From: Paramecium tetraurelia
Lineage: Eukaryota
DNA: 41,397 nt
NCBI GenBank assembly: GCA_000165425.1
Contig: CT868385.1
Location: forward strand, 434,001-475,397
Direction of reading: 5' to 3'
Shown: piece by piece, positions 1 to 13,265 of the stretch
Layout: the number at the start of each line of letters is the position of its first letter
Numbering within the stretch: position 1 is the stretch's first letter
The notes under the pieces: generated by a model
Seen by the model: only the letters and a program-made list of their open reading frames with translations
The model's database searches: none
Told to the model about the DNA's origin: nothing
Position numbers and translations under genes: made by a program

Positions 1-541
1 AGCTAACTTAAATAATTGTTTGTACATTTGAAGGGTCATCTGGTGAAAGACCATAAGCGATGAAGCACAGTAAGGCACCAGCCCAAATTAACAAAGCAAA
101 TACATTTGTTAATTCATGAAGTAATTTCATATACCATGGAGTTTTTTCTCTTGAGGAGAGAACATTCTTTCCATGCAGTTGCAATTTTGCATCAATCTGG
201 CTCTTGCTCAACCCATTTTTGACTGATGTTTCCAACCTTTTTTCTAACTCTGTTAACGGAATGGAATGCTCATCCTTAAATAAATCAAATTAAAAGTATA
301 CCATATTCTTAAACTTCTCTGCTTTCGATGCATCAGTCTTCTCTGGCACTTTCTTTTTCCCTTTTTCAAATTGCTACATCAACTTCTTTCTCCTTAACAT
401 GATCTCCTTTGTCATATCATCGAATTCTCTTTAAGCTTCCAACAGTTGCATTTCCTAACTACACCATCAAATAATCATTTACTATTGTTCCGTGAATGCC
501 GTTATGATGGAGGAGGCACTCCTATTTGAAGCTTTTGCCAT
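1..541 (-). CDS. P-type ATPase, type IIC (Na+/K+- or H+/K+-ATPase alpha-like), 5' part; continues off the left edge
   Basis: ATG at 541; introns 459-482, ~276-301, ~6-24. Reads ...KFKNMDEHSIPLTELEKRLETSVKNGLS...HGKNVLS...TPWYMKLLHELTNVFALLIWAGALLCFIAY, matching the Cation_ATPase_N region and M1 helix of Na/K-ATPase alpha. Confidence 0.9.
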
Positions 542-894
542 ATTTTTAATAAAATTTGAACTTAAACACGATTCGCCTTAAATAAATCGAAATCTATTTT
601 TAGAATACTAAGATTCTCCCAAGAATATGGATAATTAATAATTAAAATTGTTCGTATTATCATTTAATATGAAAAAGAGAAGCAGTTTATCATAAAAATA
701 ATATTTTATTTCTTAACATCATTCTACCTCAAAAATTGGATACTAGTGAATTATCTGTTACCAGTTAATCCTTGTTTTTCGAAGTTTAATCATCTATCTG
801 CATTTGGACACTTCTTAGGTTGGAAAATATCTTAGAGGAAATTAATAATAATCAATTATAGACAACATCAATTTAAATAATAATATATATTAAT

Positions 895-2299
895 TCATCT
901 GTGAGTACAAATTTTAGACTAAGCAAACGATTCATCATTTTTTGTAAGTAGTCTCTGACTCTCCTCAAACATTAATTGACTCTCAGTTTAAGTTAGAAGT
1001 CCTTTTAAACTAAAGTTTTCATCCTCCAACCTCTATTTCTCTCTGAAGATTTATAATATTTCCTCAACCGTCTAATTTATTTATTTCTCCAAAATAGCAG
1101 TTTGGCCTTCCTAACATAACTCCTTTATTCTGTCCTTGAAATGAACTTCAAGAGATTGGATCTAATTGAATTCAATCTCTTTGCACTCACCAAAAGAAAC
1201 CTTCTATTAGAACTATTTTATTTTGTTCAACCTTCTGATATACTTATGTTTTAACTATCTTAGATCCGATTATTGTTGGATGATATTGTAGGTCAATTGT
1301 TACTTATCAAAGTTGAGTGACATCAATAGGTTAGCGAATTGATTCACTGAATTGGATAAGAATTACTACTCCTTGTCGTTTAGTGAATCTTTCAAGGCCT
1401 CGCTTTCCTTTAACAACAGAGAGATGGTTTCATTCAGATTGCATTCTTCATTGTTTAACCACTCAATGATCTTGGATTAGGAAGTTCTTAGTGAGTCGAG
1501 AAGATTTAGGCTATTTTAATTAAATTAATTCTTGTCCTTGAAAGTTATAGAGGATAACTGGGAACTCAGATAACACTCGTCCTCTAATTTTTTGCCATAG
1601 GAATTCAATCTACTTACCAAAATTTGAAAATTATTCTTTAATCGTTAATTGACTATTTGATATCGAATAAATTATTCTTTATATATGGATTGCAATTGGA
1701 GGATGTACTTATTGAATTTATTTTTCCACATTTCTGAATTAATGCTATATGTTAATATTTTTTCTATCTGAAATTATTCCTTGATAGTTAATTATTTTGT
1801 TGTTTGGATTCCCTGAATAAATTGCAATCTGATTCTCATCTATTTGGACCATTTGTTCTGGGAATCCAAGAACTATTAGATGATATTATTGACCTGACTG
1901 TAGGTGTGTTGAATTTCGTTGGTCTCTTGATGACTCGAAAATTAGTTGAGATACACAAACTAGGATAGAATGCAACCGAAGAAGAGGATTATCTGATGAG
2001 GATTCTTATTGAACATCAAAGCCATGCCAATGAGCTTCAAACAGAAGAGTGTCCATTGAATAGTCTTTCTTAAATTATAATTCTGACACATGGATGCTAT
2101 TATGATAATTTCACTGAAGACTATCAAAATAATTCCTAGAGTGTATTATTCCTTATTGGAGTCATCCTATAAATTAGTTAACATTGCATACGTGATCTAA
2201 AATCGAAATGGTTACAGAGACAAAAAGGCAATACAGAAGAGTAAATTAAGGACATGCTTTATTGTTGTGAAGATTCCTCAGAATGGGTCTAATCACCAT
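895..2299 (-). CDS. Hypothetical protein (~459 aa), N-terminal hydrophobic/TM segments and C-terminal coiled coil
   Basis: Open in ciliate code from ATG 2299 to TGA 895-897 with one 25-nt intron (2167-2191); spliced length 1380 nt. Confidence 0.75.
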
Positions 2300-2432
2300 C
2301 AATGTTCAAAGGGGATGACAATAGGAAAATAAAAATAATAATTGATTAATTTCAATCAAAACTGATCGTGCTGACCAATTTAATGTAAGAAAATCAAAGT
2401 TAAAACAAATCACATCAATAATTATAATTATA

Positions 2433-4888
2433 TCAGCATATAAGGTCCAATATTTACAAACTTTCCCCATCGATTCTTATGATCTACCCTGACTAAACGA
2501 TGTTCAATGGATTCTCCCCCATCTATTGTGAAATCTACAAACTAAGTTGAACCTCAGTTTTCAGATCGATCAATTGTACAGTATCCCCCTTGACCTTAAG
2601 CAATTATTCCTACCTCGGCAAAACATAAATCTCGTCATCAAGAACAGACGAGTCATCAAACTGCTTGCAAACAATTCCATTCTTCAATCCATCATCAGTC
2701 TGCAATTGCTTGACATTAATGACGAATATTTTCTAAGGAAACAATCACAACTACAAATACATTTTAATAATAAGATTTGGGTGAGTTCTTCTCTATCACC
2801 ACAAAGCTCCCCCTCGAAGGCAAATAATAAAGATTCTTAACACTCCAAACTTGGATCTACTCATATGTTAATGTTAAAATCAGAGTGCAAACATTAGCCA
2901 TGTCCACCAAGTAAAATAGGATTTCCCCCCCATCTTTGTCCTTGTAACACTTATTGACAGCCAAAATGTTATTCAATCTAGCATGTTTCATGTTCTCACT
3001 AATCATTATTACACACTCTTTACTTATCTGTATACTCCACTGGACTCAATATCTATCCCTCATTGGCAGTTATCTTTTGTGAAATTATCTCCTTCAGGGT
3101 TCTCGAATTATAAATCCTCAAGAACCTATACTTTGGATATTTGCTCCCGAAGATGTTGAATTGCTTCAAGGGCGTACCAGCTAAGCAGACTTAATCCTTG
3201 TCCGATAAAAATGCTATCGATCTAAATTAATTAATGGAAATACGTTATTTCGCTAAAATCATCAATCTTCCAAATGTATTTCAATCTCATCTCTTCCAAA
3301 CTAAATATTCTAATCATTTAATCTGATGCAAGTGTTCCAAGTTTCTTTTCATATGAATCTGCCCACTCATACACCTTCAATATCTTGATCTTCTTCATCT
3401 CACTATGATCTCTAATCTACCCTTCTTGCGAATTCATATTCAAATTCCAAACAGTTATGATTTCCTTGTCTGACACTGTTATTAAGTAGGAGTGATCTTT
3501 AAATAAAACCACGAACTGTATTTTTGAGTACGTATTGAAATTAGCAATCTTTTTAAATCTAGGAGGGTTCTATTCAATATATTGTTTCTCAGAGACATTT
3601 ATCTATTGCTTCTATTCCATCTGAATGGGAGCCAAATTTTATAAGTTACCCTTCAAATTCTATTTCTTCCTTGGTTTCTGACTTTACTCAAACTTTTCAT
3701 ATTTGAACAGTTCTAATTGATTCTTAGGTATTATTTCTGACTAATAATAACGAGGTTTGGCGATAGATGCAGTCTCTTACTAGCCTTTGACTATCTGTGA
3801 TTAAAATATATGTTTTTAGGAATTCTATGTCTCTACTTCTGCAGTAATGATTTAGCTCTGATTATTTGAAGATGCATCTTTTTAAGAGCTTGTAGTTTTG
3901 ATTAGCTAAATTTCTTCGTTTAATTATGCACCTTCAGTTTATCCATTGTTGTTCTGTTACTCTTAAACTTAGTTTGCATCTCCTGATTATTCTTATGAAA
4001 ATTATCGTTTTATAGATTGCCCTTAGAATGATGCAAACAATTACTGTTGTTGCTATTTCAACTCCTTTTTATCAACAGATGATTTCAAATTGGTCTTGAA
4101 ATCGTCCTTTGCCTTTTTGGGCTTCGGAGTCTGTTATGTTGGTTATGGTTATGGTTGTTCTATTTATTTTACTTTCTTTTAAGCCTAAGGACTCATGGGT
4201 TCCAATTGGTATTTTGGAGGAGTGTTGACCAATAAGCAAGGAGAATAAGTGCGCAGTATAAAATAATGGGTAGAATCTGGGTATTGAAGAAGATGGACAT
4301 CTCCTTAGACTTAATTCTAATACCTAAATATCATCATTGTGTTCGATATATTGTAATTGGCAGTCTTACCGTATTTATTCATGATGTACTCAATTATGAT
4401 CTTCTTTTCCTCCTCTGTGAATTTGAAGTTGTTGTAAATTTGAGCTATTATCACATTGTCTGCTATTTTTACAAATGGATTAGTGCTCCTAATGATGTTT
4501 ATTGAGATGTCATGTCTACATTAAATTATTAACACATACCTTTGAATATTCTCTATTAACACATTTTTCCAGTCAGTTTCGGAATCTTCTTACGTCAATA
4601 TAGTTAATTTATTGTTTTTCTCAAAACATTAAAAATTCATAGAGCTTGTGATGATTGCAGTTATTTTCACATCGATACTATCGCAAGGATCCAAAATTCC
4701 TTATTTTTACTTAATGATTTACCTTCCTCAGGTTGAATGTGAAATATCATAGGATTTGGAGAAATAATTTTATATGGAACATATTGCAATGTTAGATTCA
4801 GAATATTAAAGGAAGTCGACAAATTGTCAAGTGAAATTGATATTTTCTCAGGTGTGATTTCAACAAGGTGATTGTGCTCTTCCTCCAT
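2433..4888 (-). CDS. MSP (major sperm protein/VAP-type) domain + Q/P/S-rich linker + WD40-like beta-propeller protein
   Basis: N-term LVEITPEKI...NLTLQYVPYKIISPNPMIFHIQPEEGILDPCDSIDVKITA (MSP pattern, after intron ~4690-4712). C-term YLITVSDKEIITVWNL and LGTLASDQMIRIFSL are WD-like. Further introns near 4516-4539 and 3222-3243; TGA 2433-2435. Confidence 0.7.
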
Positions 4889-4989
4889 ACTATAATTAAA
4901 TGTATATATAAATATGGAAATATTAATATTTTATAGATATGCCAATAAATCGGAAATGAAGGAATTCTACATATAGATAATCAAGCATT

Positions 4990-6600
4990 GATTGGATTTG
5001 CTAAAATTAATTGAAATGACCTAGCCAATTCAATCTAAAGTGAATTCATCAACGTATCCATTCAAACAATAACAACTGCGTCCCTTTTATTTGAATGGAT
5101 CCTCGTAATTTCAAACATGTTTCTTAATCTGAACATTTCTGACAGCCGACAGGACACAACAAATACTTTTATTATTCTATATCAAATATAAAACCCTTTT
5201 TACAATCTCGATCCTGAGAATTCTATTCAATAATCCATTAAGTACAATCATCCTTATAACGACAAATACAAGATCTACACAAAGGGAAGCACCTTTAAAT
5301 CATAAAGTTGATATTTGAAATTCCAAACTAAAATAAGAATCAGCTTATGGAACAAACATCATAGCCAGGATTAACTAATTGGGTGCGTGAAAGTATTCTA
5401 TTTGAATCTCTTATATTTGATCTTATCTAGATTCAATCTTTCTTACTAATAAATTATCGATATAAATGGAAACACTATTTGAAGATAATTTTAACTTTGT
5501 AAAATCAAATGTCATCACATTTAATTGCAAGATAATGTTATAATGTGGCTTTAAAATATTGAATTACTTGTAAAAATAATGGTTACCATTCTTCTTCACT
5601 CAACCAAAATATCGAACTCCATTTTAATAAGTTCCAAACATATTTTAATAAAAGGAGCTGATGCCTTTTGTATTCTCTAAAATAAAATTAGGGATGAGAT
5701 TATCATAAAAGGTTCTGAGTATATGTGTGGTTAATGGATATAATTCTTCAACATCCTTACAAACAAAACCATTTAAAGTAGAATAATGTGGACACTTAGC
5801 CACACATTTTCCTTTTTACAAATTAAATCAGACTTCCATGTGCCACAAATAAGTTTGCTTAGACATGAATTACAATTTGAATAAAATTTTATTGTATTTA
5901 TAATAATTTACCATTGTAAATTTTGATCACCTGCAACAAATATAATAATATTAGAAATAGACAAAGCATCAATAGTATAATCTATATGATATAATAAATA
6001 TCCATTTGTCTCGGTCTCATTATAAAAGTGTAATGGAGATATAAACATCTTTATCTTGTCTACTTAAACATAAATTTCTGCTTAGATTTAAAAATATAAA
6101 TATCTCCTCTAATTCTTAATTCTTGATAAGTGTAAGCATTATTAAACTTATAATTTATCGATTAACCTAAAAAAAATTACCCTCCGCCTTTTCCATTCAC
6201 ACATGTATTTTCAAGTAGTAATTGACACTTGGTCATGATTAACTAAGATAATAAAAGTCAATCTTATCAAGTATTAAACAACTTCATGGTATTTGAGGTT
6301 TGACTAAGGAAGACACGACTCTATTCTTTATAAACATGTGAAGCTTCTAACTATAGGTTCAAATTATTTACTCTTAATTGTAGAAAGGATAAAAATGAAT
6401 AAGAATAATTTAATTTATTTGAAGTTGGTTTTATTCCATTCAATGAAAAAATTGAATACTGATATTTTTTTAAAATCATTAGATTTTCATTTATATCTCA
6501 TCATTAATATCGAGTATTTATTATGAATAAATTCTAATGTTATATATTATCTTGCATTGGCCTTAGATTCAAATTTAAAGATAATAGTTCTTGACTTTCT
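4990..6600 (-). pseudogene. Decayed cysteine-rich (furin-like repeat) surface-protein gene; boundaries approximate
   Basis: Fragments KGKCVAKCPHYSTLNGFVC, GVRYFG*VKKNG...KPHYNI, FGISNINFMIQRCFPLCRSC, CPVGCQKCSDQETC, CYCLNGY lie in different frames, with in-frame TGA and no intron-like explanation. Confidence 0.6.
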
Positions 6601-6962
6601 GATTATTAATATAAGCTAAAATTTCTTATTACTAATGCGATTATTTAAAATAAGTTTTTATGATATTTGAAAGTGTAGACATATAGTAAGCCAATAAAAT
6701 CTGTTATTTTTTCTAACTGTCAAATCACATTGTTCTGAATCTTTTGATTTTTTATACACTTTTGGGTTGCGTTGAGCAAAAAAGTATATTTCAATTTTTG
6801 AATGTTTTCAGAATTGTTGTTATTCAAATTGAAATTGGTATTTCAATTTTAATAATTTTATTAAGTTAGAAAGTTACTTAACTAAGGTATAAATTTGCTT
6901 AATGGATAAATGAATATTAAAGTAATACTACAATTAGTTTATTAGTCTTTTTTCATTAATTT

Positions 6963-9849
6963 ATGAATTATTAAATACTGTTTTATACTCAAATCATACA
7001 AAACATTTGGTGGATAATATGTTCATGGATATTTTATTAGCCCTATGAATATTAACTTTGTATTCTATCTGTAAGTAGTATTGTTATTCGGATTACAATA
7101 ATAATTTTGGAAAGGAGAATTACACATATATTTATTTTAGCAATCCTATATCTGCTTCATAATTGCTTATACATGGAGGCAAGCATACGAATGCCAATGA
7201 ATAATCCTTTTACAAACCATTCAAATTCTTTAATGATTTTAATCAACTACTAACATGCCAACAAAGAATCTAAAGAAAATATTTAAATAATATCGAAGTT
7301 TGGCTTTCCCATCTTTTGCTTACTAAGAACAATGTCAATCACCTTCATCTAAGCCAATTATTCGATACTTGAGAGCTGTATTTTGATATTCATCTTTCTA
7401 AGCCTGATAGCAAAGGATGAATTAAAAAAAAAAAATGAAGCATTTTAAAACTCAATGAAAGATCTGGGGTCTCAGGATTAGCATAATTTCAATCAGAAAT
7501 TTATAACCTTTTTCTAGTAAGATTCAAAGAAGCAATCATTGGGAACTTCCTTCAAGAAGAGCAGAACACATTATTCACAATACCAGGAGAAACCAGACAT
7601 ATTCCAAAACATACCCTTATACAATGAACCCAGAACCATGGATGAAAATATCAAGACTTCACTGCAGTTTCAGAATTTAAAAAAGAGCTTTAACAAAAAA
7701 ATTTCAAACATAAGTGCTGACAAATCAGATCAACAATTGCACACTTTCTTTTAGAATATCATAAACAACATATTTTCTGCAGGAGTAGTGATACTAAACC
7801 AAAATTAAAAGGTGACTTTCATGAACAATAAATGTGAGAAGCTACTAGGACAGAAGGGGAGTGACAAAGTAGTCGAATGCCTCAAAAAAATCATTATTGC
7901 TAATTCCTTACATGAGAATGATGAATCTCCCTTAGGACAAATTCCACCCAGGTCTCAGGCCAAGATGAACAAAGCCACTTTTGAAAGGATTGTTAAATAT
8001 CACAATGAAAACTTAATGGAATTGGATATTTTCGATGCTTTTCTCTTTCCACAAAAATACCTACATTAATTCTATCAAAATCTATCGCCTCATTCAGAGT
8101 TTGATTAAAGAAGCAGTCTCTCAGAATCGGTAAATGAAACCTTCCTCTAAAGAAAAGATGCTGTAACCTATGAACACATAATGAGCGAGGGAGGCATTTT
8201 GAAGAAACTAAGAATAGTCATCCTTCCCACCTACATGACTAATGCTCAACAAGAACAACTTTCATATCCCTCATATTAGAAGGTTCATATCAGCAAGACT
8301 GCTATTCAGGCAGAGAGTGTGCAACCAATCATAGTTGTCAAGATTAAGAACATTACCAAGAAACATAAGATTGAGTAAATGAACAAGGAGAAGGAAATAC
8401 ACAATTCCTTACTTAAATCATTTTCACATGAATTGAAAACTCCCTTGAATAGTGGTTAGGATATGTTGGTGATACTTAAGGATAGGATTAAGGATCCTAA
8501 ACTTTAGGAATTTGTTGAGATAGCTCACATTTCAATAATATTTTTAATACATCAAATAAATGATATCTTGGATTATGCAGCCATGTAATCAAACACATTT
8601 AAATATAGATATGTTGAATTCAAATCACGAGAGATTGTTGATGAAATTAAATATATTTATTCTAGTTAGTTGCATTCAAAGAAAATCGATTTGCAAGTCA
8701 AATTCGATGAAAAGAAGGTAGGCAATATTAGATAAGATAAATAAAGAATAATGCAAGTGTTAATCAATTTATTAAATAATTCTTGTAAATTCACACCTGA
8801 AGGAGGCAAAATAGTGTTTTCATTGAAAATAATAGACTACCCTTTTATTAAATTGTAAGTCAAAGACTCTGGGATTGGAATTGGATCAGAATAATTGTAA
8901 AATCTAAGGAAGGTCCTCACTAGTTCCATGGGTAAAAGTCTTCATAGATCTAGGATTAAAAAAAGTTTGGGTTTGGGTTTAAATATTTCTGCAAGGATCG
9001 TGGAAGGTTTGGTTTAAAAGAATGATGGAACTCTAGAAATCATATCTAAGAATAAAAATAAAGGAACTAAAATATTTTTCATTATAGAGAATCTTCTAAT
9101 TTTTAGAGATGAATCTGTTAGAAATCCCATGATCTCTGAGTACACAACTAAAAATAATACTTACAAATAATAAATGTCATAATATGAAGGTAGTAATTGT
9201 AGTTAGGTGTTACCCCTTTTGAGATAATTATCTGAAAATTCTAAATTTGAGGCTCAATCTCCTTCCAAAAAGAGCAAAACTATAAAAAGTAAGTTCTTTA
9301 ATTTACTGCCTGCCAATTAAGAAAGCTCTTTGGATATGGCAGATAATTATTCATATCGAATTGATATACCAATAAGTCCAGAATATTTTCAATATAAAGA
9401 GGAAAATGATTTAAAAAAAATACTAAAACCTTCTTAATGCCAATAATGTACAAGGGTATTAATAGTTGATGATATTCCATTCAATTAGATTGCTTTAAAG
9501 GCTCTCCTTCTGCATTATAATATTAAGGTCGAATAAGCCTATGATGGGTATTAAGCCATTGATTTAGTAAAGAAATAATTGGATAAGCATTGTTAATATT
9601 TTACATTAATTTTTATGGATATTGAAATGCCTGGAATAAATGGCTTTTAAGCAACCAAAGATGTAAAATAAAAATTTAAATTAGATTCTTTAAATTACTT
9701 AGGATTAAACACAAATTATTATGTGTTCTGCTTACGACACTGAGGAAAATTTTAGGGAAGGGGAAGCAGTCGGAATGTCAGAGTTCCTACCGAAGCCTGT
9801 CAATAAATAGGAATTAGAAAGAATATTAGATAGATTTGGTTTTTTATGA
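6963..9849 (+). CDS. Membrane-bound hybrid histidine kinase 1 (TM region, PAS-like, HisKA, HATPase_c, receiver), ~954 aa
   Basis: H-box SFSHELKTPLN (His codon 8427-8429); N-box QVLINLLNNSCKFT; VKDSGIG; LGLGL; receiver VLIVDD...FMDIEMPGING...SAY...LPKPV; 22-nt intron 9663-9684; spliced length divisible by 3. Confidence 0.93.
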
Positions 9850-10242
9850 TATCTACTAGGTTTTTCTCACATTTTTTGTAATCAATTAATATTTATTTGA
9901 CTTTATTATAAAAAATTAAACTCTTATTGATAAATACATGTATTGTTAATTTACCATACCTTTATCTAAATTGTTTAATCAGGATAGATATCAAATACAA
10001 ATGTAGGGTGAGTACATTCAACATAAAGAAGATATTCAGTGAAAAAGTCAGGATGACCAAATCACAAATATTAATTGAATTAATTTATATTTATTTAATG
10101 TGTAGACTTTTATAAAAGTGTTAAAATGTGTATATATCAAATTTTCTAAAATAAAATTAAAAATTGGAGTAGTTGCACCAATTACAAAATAGTTTTCATT
10201 TCTACTTTTTGTCAAGGATTGTTTTTTTATTAATTAAATTAA

Positions 10243-13171
10243 ATGAAAAAAAAAGGAGAATTAATCAAAACAATTTTTAAAAGTGTAGCTGGAAAGTCTA
10301 TTTTAATAGCTAATGTTTCATAGGGTTTGTGGTGGGTATTTTTGTCTATCGGCATGATTGATCACACTAATTATGAAGCTCTTTCTTTATAAGTATCATG
10401 CACAATTTTCAGAATCTCATAGTAGATTATAATCGATTATTGGTGTGAAAAATAGGTAATTTTACATCTGGTCTCACTCTTTTATTCTGTGCTGTACATA
10501 GAGACTTTTCTATTTTTACAATACGATAATCCTTTTGGCACATATGCAAATTGTTTGCTATTTATAGTGACTTATAGGCAATACTTGTCATAAGCCGTTG
10601 ATAAATCGAATAAAATATGCAAAATCGGATTTCCATGTTATGTAATATTTAGAAATATTATATTGATATTTACTGAGTTTAACTTTTACCTTATTGAAAG
10701 TCTAGCTATTTGTGTGGTGGTGTTTCTTACATTAGCGTACAATGACGAATAATTCAATTGTCAATGTTTTTGTTCGACAAACAAAAAAAATATTTTAGCA
10801 AAATCAAAAATCAAGAAATTTGATGATAATGACTCAGTCAATTAGTTGCAGTTTAATTAATCCTTAGGCAAATCTTTCAGCCGAGTTTCTATAGCATAAA
10901 CGCCCCTTAAAAGTTAGAGTATCTATTTAAAGGAAATGAGTTACGAATCTAAGTTAATTTAATGCTCAAATTTAGGATAGGCATAAAAATTATAAAAAAG
11001 TTAATTTTTGGGTAATAAGACTTCTGATTTATAATTCCATTAATTTTACCAAAATTTAATAAACTCATTTCCTTAAGGAATTCTAATACTAAATTAAAGT
11101 CAACAAGTTAGTTACCAAAATAACAAATGCGAAAAACTATTAGAATGCTCAGGATCAGATTAAATAGTTGAGAAAATTAGGATGTGTTTAAATAGTGCCA
11201 AGATGCCTGAAAATGAAAATGACATAACAAATCTACTTAGAACACCAAGATTTAACAAATAAATAAATCAATAAGCTTTGTTTAGGATAGTGAAAGAATT
11301 ATAGAAGGAAAATCTGTAAGTTGACATTTTGGATATTTTACTTCAACCTTAGAAATACCTCCAGTTTTTAGAATAGAGATTGGATTAATTAGGTAGCCAA
11401 GATGATTCTAAAACAGAATAACTAACCTTTCAATAATAGATGTTTATTTACGAATGGCTATTCGAATCAACATTGTATAAGAAAGTTAAACAAAAGAAAC
11501 TAAAGATGATAATTATTCCAACCTTCATGACAGGTAACTAATAAGAGTACATATCTATGCCTTCTCATCACAAATGTCCAAGCAAACTTAATATCCAATT
11601 GTAAAATGATGTTGAAATGCCTGTTTTGTTAATTATGATTAAGAACATTACAAGTAAACACTAATTCTAAAAGATGAAAAATGAATAAATAATCCATCAC
11701 AGTTTGATAAAATCATTTTCGCATGAATTACGAACTCCATTAAATAGTTGTTAACATATGCTCAATTTGATCAAAACCTAATCTGTTGAGATGAAGATTT
11801 AAGAGTATGTTGATATTGCTTAATGTTCTATTTCTCTTTTGATTCATTAAATCAATGATATTTTAGACTACGCAGCAATTCAATCATTTCAGTTTCAATA
11901 TCGTTATACATCCTTTACTTTTAACCAGATTGCTTAGGAGATTTACTATCTTTATAATATGCAAATGAAATAAAAAAAGATTAAGTTTATTATTAAAATT
12001 CAGCAGAATTTAAGTGATGCTCTAATTTTTAATGATTAATAAAGAGTTTTGTAAATTTTGGTAAATCTTTTGAATAATGCCAGTAAATACACAAGAGAAG
12101 GAGGTCATGTTAAATTAAGCATAAAATAAAAAAGTCTGTTCTATATTCATATCAAAGTTAAGGATGATGGAATAGGGATTGAAGATGATAAATTGGCATT
12201 GATTTAAAACAGTTTGATAGGTAATGTGGAATTGGGAGTAACTTTCAAAACGTAATCGGTGACTTAGAGAGCTGGATTAGGATTAAGTATAGCAGCAAAG
12301 ATAGTTGAAGGATTGATAGAATCAAACAATAACTAGTTGATGATAAGTTCAACCCAAAATAAAGGGACGAAAGTTCAATTCCAGATTCAAAACTTCCTAT
12401 AGACATAAAATGATTAATATTAGTCTTCAAATCTACTTTCTCAACTGACAGGGAGGTTCAATCAGTCAGGATTGTAATAAACCTTAAGTGAAAGAAAATT
12501 CGATGATAGAATATTGATAAAATCAAGTATAACAAATTCTAAGATGGAATATGACATGCAGCTTCGAGATAATTTCTTATAGGATTCTGAATCTTCTTTA
12601 GAAACTCCAAAGTTAAATGATCGTGAATAATAATAATAAATTCAGTTACCGATTAGTCCAGAATACTTTTCTCATAAATAAATATAATCTTGTCATACAA
12701 TCACAAACAAAGAGATCTATTCTTTCAAACAATACCCTTTAGTTTGCAAAGACTGTAAAAGTGTATTGATTGTAGATGATATACCTTTCAATTAAATGAC
12801 ACTAAGATTGATGTTATAAAATTATTAAATTGAATCTGATCAAGCATTCGATGGATTTTAAGCAATTGAAAAAGTCAAATCCAGACTATAGCATCCTTGT
12901 CAAGCCTACAAGTTGATTTTTATGGACATCGAAATGCCAGGGATAAATGGATTCCAAACTAGTAAGCAAGTATCAATATTCATTATCATAGATATTAGAT
13001 ATCACAGGCAATCAGTCCTATATTGTGATCTGTTCTGCTTATGACACTCAAGAGAATTTCACTGAAGGATAAAAAGTAGGAGTCAATTCGTTTCTACCAA
13101 AACCTGTAAATTAAAAAGAGTTAGAGGTAATTTTAAAAAGATTTTTTACAATAAAAACAGGGATATATTGA
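10243..13171 (+). CDS. Membrane-bound hybrid histidine kinase 2, ~968 aa
   Basis: SFSHELRTPLN (His 11722-11724); QILVNLLNNASKYT; VKDDGIG; GLGLGLSIA; receiver VLIVDD...FMDIEMP...LPKPV; 22-nt intron 12970-12991. Confidence 0.93.
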
Positions 13172-13265
13172 TCATTTTATGTTTATACTTTTTCGACAAT
13201 TTAAACTAAATTTAGCATCTAAGGACCATTATTTATTAAGTTCTTGTATATTAATTTTATAAATA

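Noticed and set aside
2221..2415. Minus-strand frame with several TGAs that reads plausibly as Trp (M*FVL...EH*W*LDPF*G), suggesting UGA recoding
   Set aside because: That frame does not join the downstream exon; ATG 2299 in another frame gives a clean ORF
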